A stretch of 64,000 bases of DNA, taken from assembly GCA_018648225.1 (NCBI GenBank), contig JABGRQ010000073.1, positions 26,064-90,063 on the forward strand, read 5' to 3'. The notes under the pieces were generated by a model that was given only the letters and a program-made list of their open reading frames with translations, did no database searches and was not told the origin of the DNA. The position numbers were made by a program, and so were the translations under genes. Positions 10,002-19,107 of this stretch are shown here, piece after piece. Source of the DNA: Chloroflexota bacterium. Its GTDB lineage: Bacteria > Chloroflexota > Anaerolineae > Anaerolineales > UBA11858. The first letter of the stretch is position 1; each line of letters opens with the position of its first letter.

Positions 10002-10348
10002 ATTTCCACCAATACAATGATGATCTATGTTATAATGAAACGGATTTTTGTGCGTTGAGAAGCCACTTACGAACAAATATCAACAGGAGTGCGATTTTCA
10101 TTCAGGCATGGAGGTTTTTGACGAACCATTCTACTAGAAACACCCCGCCTACCCGAATCCACTCGGTTCACGTTCGTAAACGTTAACCGGGTTTTCATTT
10201 TTTTAATAAAGATACTAAAACGGGTCTCCGGGAATCACCGTGGTAGTTCCCAAAGAGCCACAAAAATAGCATATCGGGAAACCATTCAGAGTAAGGATTG
10301 TATCCCAGAGCGTACAACAACGCAACTTGAAGACAACGAACTGCAAGG

Positions 10349-10435
10349 AAATACGCAGTTCATTAGGAAATCGGTAAAAATAGGGGTGTAGGGTGTGCGG
10401 CGCATACCTTACACCCCTATTTTCCGGCTTTTTCT
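10349..10435 (+). repeat. Box-plus-GGGGTGT-hairpin element, copy A (candidate sRNA or leader)
   Basis: AAATACGCAGTTCATTAGGAA box (the 12-mer GTTCATTAGGAA is at 10358-10369), then the hairpin AAAATAGGGGTGTA..TACACCCCTATTTT (10377-10423), then CCGGCTTTTTC. Confidence 0.6.
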
Positions 10436-10468
10436 AACGTAATTATAGAGATCGCGCGAAATTGAATT

Positions 10469-10496
10469 TTGTTATTACTCGCGCCTGTGCTATTAT
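10469..10496 (+). promoter_or_regulatory. Candidate sigma-70 promoter for infA
   Basis: TTGTTA, a 16-nt spacer, then TGcTATTAT (extended -10), about 37 nt upstream of the infA ATG. Confidence 0.4.
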
Positions 10497-10532
10497 GTAG
10501 ATAAAGATTGTATCAGGAGAGAAAAAGTTTTT

Positions 10533-10769
10533 ATGGCAAAAGCAGAAGATAAGATCAGAGTAGATGGCACAATCGTGGAAGCGTTGCCGGGCACTCAGTT
10601 TAAGGTTGAATTGGATAACGGGCATGAAATTCTTGCCTACCTTGCCGGTAAAATGCGCAAGTATTATATTCGTGTGCTGCTCGGCGACAGAGTAACTATT
10701 GAAATGTCACCCTACGATATGACACGCGGACGCATAGTCTATCGACATAAAAAATCTTCACATCGATAA
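10533..10769 (+). CDS. infA: Translation initiation factor IF-1
   Basis: Near-canonical IF-1 sequence ([56 protein letters not shown]). RBS GGAGAG upstream. Confidence 0.95.
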   Translation: MAKAEDKIRVDGTIVEALPGTQFKVELDNGHEILAYLAGKMRKYYIRVLLGDRVTIEMSPYDMTRGRIVYRHKKSSHR

Positions 10770-10795
10770 ATCTGTTTGTTGGTATTTTAAAATTT

Positions 10796-12037
<1,242 letters not shown>

Positions 12038-12047
12038 TTTTTCAAGA

Positions 12048-12090
12048 CCGGGTGAGCAGCCTATAAAAACGCGCTCATCCGGTTTTATTT
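12048..12090 (+). terminator. Terminator after rpoD
   Basis: ACCGGGTGAGC / GCTCATCCGGT stem (one G-U pair) followed by TTTTATTTT. Confidence 0.5.
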
Positions 12091-12288
12091 TCCCTCATAG
12101 GGTTTGCACAGCGTATTGAAAATATCCCGAAAATAGATGAACATGGAAAGATTCATATCGCCCTGTTTTCGGGCTAAAGCAAACGCCGCTGCAATTTTAT
12201 CCCCATACAAATACACCACATCCACCACAGGGGCAGGCACACGTTTATAGTCAGAGTTCGGAACAAGATCTCACAAATTGGTGCTAAT

Positions 12289-13245
12289 ATGTCGAGCAAC
12301 TTCCACAACGAAAACACCAGTCGGCGTACTTCCTACCCATCCTCCCAGCCATCCGATTATCATATTGATCTTTCTTCCAGAATGACTTACAGTCAAAAGG
12401 ATGATGACTGGGTGGCCGCGCAGAGCTATCTCCAAAATGGGGAAATCCTTGAACTCAAGATCATTGAACAAAACCGCGGCGGTCTGGTTGTAAAATTTGG
12501 TCAGCTTCAAGGGTTCATCCCGAATTCCCAAATCCCGAATCTGGCTTCCGGAAATCACGATACGCTCAAAAGCCGCAAAGTCGGTTCACTTATGCCGGTA
12601 GCTGTTATCGAAGCCGACAAAAAGCGCAATCGGTTGATCTTCACGGCCAAACTGGATGCGCAAGAATACAGCCGCAACCAATGGGCGCAGGGTCTCGAAG
12701 TTGGGCAGATACTCACCGGAAGAATTATCAATCTGGTAGAATTTGGCGCCTTTGCCGATATTGGCAACGGCATTAATGGCCTGATCCACATTTCTGAATT
12801 GGCGTGGCGGCGCGTCACTGCCCCGGCCGAGGTTGTCAAAGTCGACGAAACAGTGCAGGTTCGCATACAGGAAATCGACTTTAAACACCGGCGCATCAGT
12901 CTGAGCCGCAAGGCCGTGCGCCCCAACCCCTGGATTGATATTAAGAAACGCTATCGCATTGGCGATCTGGTGGAGGGTGTGGTCACAACAGAGCAACGCT
13001 TTGGCTTTTTTATTGAATTGGGCGCAGGGGTTGAAGGCTTGCTGCACCGCAGCGAGATTCCCTTCGGAGGCAGTATACTAGGCCACGAAAACGTCATCCC
13101 CGGCGAAAAAATTCTGCTGCGCATTACCAATATTGAAGCCCAACAACAACGCATTAGCCTGAGTTTGCAATTGGTTACGATCGAAGAACAAATTTCATGG
13201 TTGATGCACAGGCAGAATAAAGAATCACTCGGAGAAAAGGCATGA
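12289..13245 (+). CDS. S1 RNA-binding domain protein (three S1 repeats, ribosomal protein S1-like)
   Basis: Three repeats of the S1 pattern (GEILELKIIEQNRGGLVVKF, GQILTGRIINLVEFGAFADIG, GDLVEGVVTTEQRFGFFIELG). Confidence 0.85.
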   Translation: MSSNFHNENTSRRTSYPSSQPSDYHIDLSSRMTYSQKDDDWVAAQSYLQNGEILELKIIEQNRGGLVVKFGQLQGFIPNSQIPNLASGNHDTLKSRKVGSLMPVAVIEADKKRNRLIFTAKLDAQEYSRNQWAQGLEVGQILTGRIINLVEFGAFADIGNGINGLIHISELAWRRVTAPAEVVKVDETVQVRIQEIDFKHRRISLSRKAVRPNPWIDIKKRYRIGDLVEGVVTTEQRFGFFIELGAGVEGLLHRSEIPFGGSILGHENVIPGEKILLRITNIEAQQQRISLSLQLVTIEEQISWLMHRQNKESLGEKA

Positions 13246-14111
13246 CTTCAGATCATTCAGCACCTACTTTCAGCCAGCGGATGATTAACTTGATTCGCTT
13301 TATTGTGCGCCTGCTCTTTACGCTGATACTCGCCATTGGACTGGGACTCGCAGTCTATTATGCCGCGGCGTATGGCGTTCCCGCGCTGCGTATGCGCTAT
13401 ATTCAACCCGTAGAAGAAAACACCCAACGGCTCAACGACCTTGAAGCTCAACAACGCCAAACCCTGGAAGCGCTCACTCAACAAATCGAAAGCCTGCACA
13501 CACGGCTGACCGAACTTGAAATTCAGCACGATGATTCAAAAACGCAGCTTGCCCAACTCGAAAGCGCGCTCGCTGCCGCAGAAAGCACTCAGGCTACACA
13601 AGCTGCCGCGCTCACCGACACACAAGCCAGGCTGACCGATGCGCTGAATGCTCTTGAAGATTTATCTTCTGGGCTGGATGCACTGGCCACCAAACTTGAA
13701 AGCATGGAAACAGACGGTATTGGCAATCGCGCATTGCTTACTGAGATACAGAGCGAACTCAATATATTGCGCTTGCTGGAAGCATTGACACGCGGGCGGC
13801 TGTTCATCTCGCAGGGGAATTACACTCAGGCGGAGGCCAGCATCTGGGCCGGTTTGGCGGCGATCGATTCGATCAGTGCCTCTGCGCCAGATTATCAGCG
13901 CACGGCGCTAACTCAGGTAAGTGAGTTGCTGCAAAACGCACTGGAACAATTGGCGGTTTCACCCCTTCTGGCGGCTGACCAGCTTGACGGAGCCTGGCAA
14001 ATCATCCAGAGCGGATTGCCTGCTAAACCAAGTCCCACGCCCGAGGCAGAATCTACACCGGAAGCAGAAGCCAACCCGGCCCCCAGTCCGACGGCTACGC
14101 CTGAGAGTTAA
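13242..14111 (+). CDS. Membrane-anchored coiled-coil protein, unknown function
   Basis: 4-nt overlap (ATGA) with the S1 gene. One N-terminal TM helix, a long Q/A/L/E-rich heptad-like region and a Pro/Thr/Glu tail. Confidence 0.6.
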   Translation: MTSDHSAPTFSQRMINLIRFIVRLLFTLILAIGLGLAVYYAAAYGVPALRMRYIQPVEENTQRLNDLEAQQRQTLEALTQQIESLHTRLTELEIQHDDSKTQLAQLESALAAAESTQATQAAALTDTQARLTDALNALEDLSSGLDALATKLESMETDGIGNRALLTEIQSELNILRLLEALTRGRLFISQGNYTQAEASIWAGLAAIDSISASAPDYQRTALTQVSELLQNALEQLAVSPLLAADQLDGAWQIIQSGLPAKPSPTPEAESTPEAEANPAPSPTATPES

Positions 14112-14144
14112 TTTCGCCAGAATCCCCACCCAAGGAGTAAACCC

Positions 14145-14585
14145 ATGCCCGGTATTGTCTGCGCCATCCGCGGCGGCCCCGCCAGTCAGCCGACTATTCA
14201 AAAAGCTATTCAACTCGCCGAAAAAACTCATCAGACGGTTTATTTTTTGTACGTAGTTAATTTGGATTTTTTGACCCTGACTTCGACCAGCCGGGTGCAT
14301 GTGGTTGAGAAAGAACTTCACCAGATGGGAGAATTTATTTTACTCACGGCGCAAACACAGGCGGCAAAAAACAGCGTGACGGCGGAGCCAGTAGTCCGGA
14401 AAGGACAGGTGCGCGATGAGATCATCGGGCTATGCCATGAAGTTGGTGCAGAGTACGTGATTCTAGGCCAACCGCGCGGGCAAAATGAAGTGGATACATT
14501 CACCCACGAACATATGGAGCAATTTCGGCAAGAGATTGAGCAAGAAAGTGGTGCAAAAGTGGTCCTGGCCGAGGAAGCCCAGTAA
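14145..14585 (+). CDS. Universal stress protein (UspA family)
   Basis: Usp-like size and pattern (ICAIRGGPAS ... YVILGQPRG). Confidence 0.75.
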   Translation: MPGIVCAIRGGPASQPTIQKAIQLAEKTHQTVYFLYVVNLDFLTLTSTSRVHVVEKELHQMGEFILLTAQTQAAKNSVTAEPVVRKGQVRDEIIGLCHEVGAEYVILGQPRGQNEVDTFTHEHMEQFRQEIEQESGAKVVLAEEAQ

Positions 14586-16297
14586 TGAAGCGGAAAACAA
14601 ACTTGCAGCGTTATCTAGTTGCTGCGCTGCTACTGGCCGGGGCATTGATATTTTACGCGCCGAATCGCATCGGGAAAGCTCAGGACGCGGGTTTGGGCAC
14701 TATTTTTGGCCGCGTACTGGACGAACAAGGGGTTGCGGTAGAAGGCGCAGAAGTTTCTCTGCTGGCCGACAGAAAAATCGCTGTGTTGCATACAACCACA
14801 CAAAGCGATGGCAGTTTTGCGTTGCACTTGAGCGCGCCCAATGACCCCACGGAATTTGACGAAGCTATCTATTTGCATATTGAGCGCCCTCACTTTAGCC
14901 CGGCAGAAATCGCTCTTGAATCCGCAGACTTGCAACAATTGAACGCCGGGGCGGCAGTCGAAATTCCAGATATAACGCTGGCACGCAAAATCAGTCTGGC
15001 GTTTTGGCTCGCTACGGTGATCTTCATCAGCATGCTGCTACTCATCGCCACCGACAAATTGCACAACACGCTGGCCGCGCTGGTCGGCGCGTCGCTGGTG
15101 CTCATCATCAGCTATTTGGGGCATCCGATCTCGGAAAATCTGTATATTTTCGATTTCACCGACTCGCTCAAATATATCGACTGGAATGTGATCTTCCTGA
15201 TCATGGGTATGATGATCGTGGTCGCTGTAGTGGAAAACACGGGTATTTTCCAATGGCTGGCCTTTTTTGCCTACCGTGCTTCGCGGGGCAATGTGTATAT
15301 TTTGCTCGCCATTCTCATGCTCATCGCCGGGGTGGCTTCGGCCTTCCTCGATAACGTCACCACCATGCTGCTGATGACCCCCATCACCATTCAGATCGCC
15401 ATTTCGATGGGCATCAATCCGCTGGCCTTTTTGCTCCCCGAAGTCATGGCTTCCAACGTCGTTGGCATCAGTACGCTCATCGGCACGCCTACCAATATTC
15501 TCATTGGCTCGTATGCCGATATTTCTTTTAGTGAATTTTTAACCAATCTCACCCCCGGCGTATTGATGGCTTTCATCGGGCTGATTATATACAGCCTGCT
15601 GATCTACAAAAAAGAGTTGGTCGCTGCCAGCGAAGCTTCGCCTATGCTCTTAGAGCATCTTGCCGAGCGGGGACGCATCACCCAGCCGGAACACCTGAAA
15701 AAAGCGGGGTGGGTCGGTTTGGGGATGTTGCTGCTATTCATCTTTGGCGAGAAAATTCACCTGCTCCCCGCGGTGACGGCGCTTGTTGGCGCGACAACGC
15801 TCATGGTATGGATCAAACCCGATATCGAAGAAATGATCGAAGCCGTAGACTGGACGACGCTGGTATTCTTCATGGCCCTGTTCATGGTTGTGGGCGCCAT
15901 TCAAGAAGTCGGCCTGATTAGCTATATTGCCGTATTCATTGGGCAGCTGGTGGGCGAAAATCTTGTATTGGCGATGATTGCAGTCACCTGGTTGAGCGCC
16001 ATCCTTTCGATGGTGATCGCCAATATCCCCTTTACGGCAGCCATGCTGCCCGTGGTTGGGTTTCTCACCACAACCGTTCCTGGCGCAGAGAGCAAAGTAC
16101 TGTTTTTCTGTCTCTCGGTGGGTTCGGCAATGGGTGGCAACGGCTCGTTAATTGGTGCTTCAGCCAATATGATTGCATCAGGCATCGCCGAGCGCGCCGG
16201 ATACTCGATCAGTTATATGTATTTCCTTAAAAAAGGACTTCCCGCCTTGCTGATCACCGTCGGCCTGGCGATGTTGTGGTTGTTGATTAAGTTCTAA
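14585..16297 (+). CDS. ArsB/NhaD-superfamily (SLC13/YbiR-like) permease with an N-terminal exported CarboxypepD_reg-like domain
   Basis: Signal sequence plus GTIFGRVLDEQGVAVEGAEVSLL...SDGSFAL (beta-sandwich pattern), then about 10 TM segments including FLDNVTTMLLMTPI and GTPTNILIG. Start overlaps the Usp stop (TAATG). Confidence 0.8.
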   Translation: MKRKTNLQRYLVAALLLAGALIFYAPNRIGKAQDAGLGTIFGRVLDEQGVAVEGAEVSLLADRKIAVLHTTTQSDGSFALHLSAPNDPTEFDEAIYLHIERPHFSPAEIALESADLQQLNAGAAVEIPDITLARKISLAFWLATVIFISMLLLIATDKLHNTLAALVGASLVLIISYLGHPISENLYIFDFTDSLKYIDWNVIFLIMGMMIVVAVVENTGIFQWLAFFAYRASRGNVYILLAILMLIAGVASAFLDNVTTMLLMTPITIQIAISMGINPLAFLLPEVMASNVVGISTLIGTPTNILIGSYADISFSEFLTNLTPGVLMAFIGLIIYSLLIYKKELVAASEASPMLLEHLAERGRITQPEHLKKAGWVGLGMLLLFIFGEKIHLLPAVTALVGATTLMVWIKPDIEEMIEAVDWTTLVFFMALFMVVGAIQEVGLISYIAVFIGQLVGENLVLAMIAVTWLSAILSMVIANIPFTAAMLPVVGFLTTTVPGAESKVLFFCLSVGSAMGGNGSLIGASANMIASGIAERAGYSISYMYFLKKGLPALLITVGLAMLWLLIKF

Positions 16298-16310
16298 AAT
16301 TAAAACTAAG

Positions 16311-16402
16311 GCCGCCAGGATGCAAAGGTGCAAAGAAAACGCTGTAAGTATGTTGCTGTTTTATCAAAGAACTTTGCGACTTTGTCCCTTTGCGCCCTGG
16401 CG
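16311..16402. repeat. Tandem-octamer hairpin element, copy E1 (GCAAAG type)
   Basis: Left arm CGCCAGGATGCAAAGGTGCAAAG. The reverse complement of the right arm is CGCCAGGGCGCAAAGGGACAAAGTCGCAAAG. AT-rich centre. Intergenic. Confidence 0.7.
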
Positions 16403-16423
16403 TTATAGCGTATAGGAAATCTC

Positions 16424-16885
16424 ATGTCCGAAAAAAACATTCGATCTATCATCTGTGCCGTGTACGGCAAACCCAGCAGCCGCGCCACCGTCACCCGTGC
16501 TATTAATCTGGCGCTGGAGCACAACGCCAAACTGACCTTTGTACACGCCATCAACGCCGAATTTTTAAAATCATCCGGCCCGTCAATGATGCCCCTGAAA
16601 ACCGTTTACAAACAGCTACACGATATGGGCAATTTTGCCATGCTGATGCTGATTGACCGCGCCGAACGCCGCGGTGTTTCGCAAGCTGCCTACCTGGTGC
16701 GCGAAGGTGATGTGCAAGCACAACTCCACAAAGCTGTTTTGGAACTGCGTCCAGATTTGCTGGTCATCGGCGAACCCACCACGGCTTTGGGCGAAGCGGC
16801 TTTCAAAAGCCAAAGCCTGAAAGAATTTATCCAACAGCTACAAGACGCTCTGCATATTCAAGTCGAAATCGTCGAACCCGAATGA
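16424..16885 (+). CDS. Universal stress protein (UspA family), second copy
   Basis: Usp-like pattern (IICAVYGKPSS ... DLLVIGEPT). Confidence 0.75.
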   Translation: MSEKNIRSIICAVYGKPSSRATVTRAINLALEHNAKLTFVHAINAEFLKSSGPSMMPLKTVYKQLHDMGNFAMLMLIDRAERRGVSQAAYLVREGDVQAQLHKAVLELRPDLLVIGEPTTALGEAAFKSQSLKEFIQQLQDALHIQVEIVEPE

Positions 16886-16955
16886 ACCGCGGATACACGC
16901 AGATAAACGCAGAAAAAAATAAAAATCAGCGTTCATCCGTACTTATCTGCGGTTC
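16884..16955. repeat. Tandem-unit hairpin element, copy E2 (CGCAGATAA type)
   Basis: GAACCGC...GCAGATAA on the left pairs with TTATCTGCGGTTC on the right. The centre is an A-rich run. Confidence 0.6.
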
Positions 16956-16973
16956 CATTTACGAATAGAAACT

Positions 16974-17888
16974 ATGACTACCACAGCACTCATCGTTATT
17001 TTACACGAACCCAAATTACTCTCGAAACTCTTACGCGCCTGGAACCGTGCCAATGTCCCCGGTGTGACGATTTTACCCAGCATGGGTGGATTCCAGGCTC
17101 AGAAACAAGTGCGCCGCGGCGGATTGGGCAGCCTGCTGAATATGTTCACCCCGGACGAACCCGGTCAGCGCACCCTGCTCAGCCTGATTGATGATCCTGA
17201 AACTTTGGAACGCGCCATCTCCGAAGCCGACCGCGTGGTCAAGGGCTTTGATAGCCCGCGCAGCGGCGTTCTCTTCACTATGCCCATTGATAACGTCATG
17301 GGCCTGCAAAAATGGCGGCATACGCCCCCCACCCAAGAGATTGAAGAACCTGAACAAAAAGAACCCTCCAATTTGTTGAAATGGTTCTACGAAGATGTCA
17401 AGGAAACCTACGGGCGTGATGCCCTCTCTGATAGGAGCAGCCAACGTCAATTGCAGGTCGGCGAAATCATTCACACCCTCGATCTGGACCCTATCATCGT
17501 GCGTGTGGATACGCCCATCGGTGAAATCCTGCCCCGAATGCTTGAAAATTCTACGGTTTCTATGGCCTGCGTGGTCAACACCGAGCAACGGCTTATGGGC
17601 ATTATCCCCATCGCCACCCTTGCCGAAGTATTGCTCGCCCCAATTGTCCCCGAAGCCTTTGTGGATGAATCCGACGGTTATAACAAAGCGTTGCAATACT
17701 CCGCCCCCAATATCAATTTGCTCGCCGCCGACATTATGGACGAGCCGGTTTACGCTCACACCACTGCCGATCTGGCTGAAACCTATCAGCGCATGAAAGA
17801 ACACAATCTTAGTGAGTTGCCCGTGGTTGATCCGTTTTATCATGTCATGGGCCACATCACCCTGCTCGAAATTTTGGCAAGGCTTTGA
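16974..17888 (+). CDS. CBS-pair protein with an N-terminal PII-like (beta-alpha-beta x2) domain
   Basis: Two CBS motifs in the C-terminal half (IIVRVDTPIGEILPRM...GIIPIATL; IMDEPVYAHTTADLAETYQRM...GHITLLEIL). The PII-like call on the N-terminal 110 aa rests on secondary-structure pattern only. Confidence 0.7.
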   Translation: MTTTALIVILHEPKLLSKLLRAWNRANVPGVTILPSMGGFQAQKQVRRGGLGSLLNMFTPDEPGQRTLLSLIDDPETLERAISEADRVVKGFDSPRSGVLFTMPIDNVMGLQKWRHTPPTQEIEEPEQKEPSNLLKWFYEDVKETYGRDALSDRSSQRQLQVGEIIHTLDLDPIIVRVDTPIGEILPRMLENSTVSMACVVNTEQRLMGIIPIATLAEVLLAPIVPEAFVDESDGYNKALQYSAPNINLLAADIMDEPVYAHTTADLAETYQRMKEHNLSELPVVDPFYHVMGHITLLEILARL

Positions 17889-17937
17889 CAGCCCCTGACA
17901 GGCATGATACACTTCCCCGGTTTTGACAGGATTGCAT

Positions 17938-19041
17938 ATGAAAACCGTCGAATGGGATTTCACCACCCACAAACTCCAGATGATCGACCAACGGCTGCTC
18001 CCCGGAACATTTGAAGTAGCCGTTTTTGATGATTATCGCGCTGTTGCGCAGGCGATTACAGATATGGTTGTGCGCGGCGCACCGGCGATTGGCGCAGCAG
18101 CGGGATTCGGCTTGGCGTTGGCTGCCATTCAATCGGGCGCAACCACTCCCGAGGGCTTACTCACCGATCTAAAATCTGCCGCCGACCTGCTCAAAAAAGC
18201 TCGCCCTACCGCTGTCAACCTGGCCTGGGCGTTGGATCGTATCTTGAATTCCCTCACCCAAACCCTCTCCCAGGGGGAGAGGGGGCAACTAAGTCCCCTC
18301 CCCCGGTGGGGGAGGGCGGAGGCTGGGGGAATTCTTGCGGATTTACGCGCCGCCGTTCTCACCGAAGCCCAACGCATCGCCGATGAAGATGTTGAAATCA
18401 ACCAGCGCATGGCACGTCATGGCGCAGAACTCATTGAAGACGGCGATACGATCATTCATCACTGCAACACAGGCGCGCTAGCGACTGTTGATTGGGGCAC
18501 CGCCTTGGGCGTGATCCGTTTGGCACATGAACAGGGCAAGCGCATCCACGTTCTCGTCGATGAGACTCGCCCGCGCCTGCAAGGCTCACGTCTGACGGCC
18601 TGGGAACTCACCCAATACGGCATCCCCTACGACATCATCAGCGATAACGCCGCCGGGCATTTCCTCAGCAGCGGGCAAGTGGATAAAGTCTTCGTCGGCT
18701 CCGACCGCACCGCCGCCAACGGCGATGTGTGCAACAAAATTGGCACTTATATGCTGGCACTGGCTGCCTACGATAACGGCGTACCTTTCTACCCCGTGGT
18801 ACCCACCTCGACGATTGACATGACACTCGCCACCGGGGCAGAAATCCCCATCGAAGAACGCACTCAAGCCGAAGTTCTGTCGCTAACCTTCCAGGGGCAG
18901 GCTGCATTCCCCGAAGGCGCCTCGGCACGCAATCCAGCTTTCGATGTCACACCGCACAGGCTTGTTACGGGCATCGTGACTGAAAACGGGGTGGCGTATC
19001 CCCCATTCATAACAAATCTCGCACCTTTGGTAAAACGTTAA
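17938..19041 (+). CDS. mtnA: S-methyl-5-thioribose-1-phosphate isomerase
   Basis: MtnA/eIF-2B-related motifs (VVRGAPAIGAAA, RPTAVNLAWAL, HHCNTGALAT, VDETRPRLQG, GSDRTAANGD, NKIGTY). Carries an in-frame insertion of about 25 aa. Confidence 0.9.
   Translation: MKTVEWDFTTHKLQMIDQRLLPGTFEVAVFDDYRAVAQAITDMVVRGAPAIGAAAGFGLALAAIQSGATTPEGLLTDLKSAADLLKKARPTAVNLAWALDRILNSLTQTLSQGERGQLSPLPRWGRAEAGGILADLRAAVLTEAQRIADEDVEINQRMARHGAELIEDGDTIIHHCNTGALATVDWGTALGVIRLAHEQGKRIHVLVDETRPRLQGSRLTAWELTQYGIPYDIISDNAAGHFLSSGQVDKVFVGSDRTAANGDVCNKIGTYMLALAAYDNGVPFYPVVPTSTIDMTLATGAEIPIEERTQAEVLSLTFQGQAAFPEGASARNPAFDVTPHRLVTGIVTENGVAYPPFITNLAPLVKR
18263..18316. repeat. Twin GC-rich mini-hairpins inside mtnA
   Basis: CCCTCTCCC-AGG-GGGAGAGGG (18263-18283) and CCCTCCCCC-GGT-GGGGGAGGG (18296-18316). 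The second stem recurs at 42640-42660. Confidence 0.8.
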
Positions 19042-19044
19042 AAA

Positions 19045-19099
19045 TTGAAGGTTGAAAGTTGAACGTTAAACCTGTAACCTTCAACTTTCAACCCTGAAG
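19045..19099. repeat. Tandem-octamer hairpin element, copy E3 (TTGAAAG type)
   Basis: GGTTGAAAGTTGAA / TTCAACTTTCAACC is a 14-bp perfect core. It lies between the mtnA stop and the RBS of the next gene. Confidence 0.7.
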
Positions 19100-19107
19100 A
19101 GGAACAT

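Noticed and set aside
10108-10137. Mini-ORF MEVFDEPFY upstream of the 10164-10204 terminator-like hairpin, considered as a possible leader peptide.
   Set aside because: The nearest AGGAG is 18 nt from the ATG, which is too far. There is no codon bias informative for attenuation, so this could be chance.
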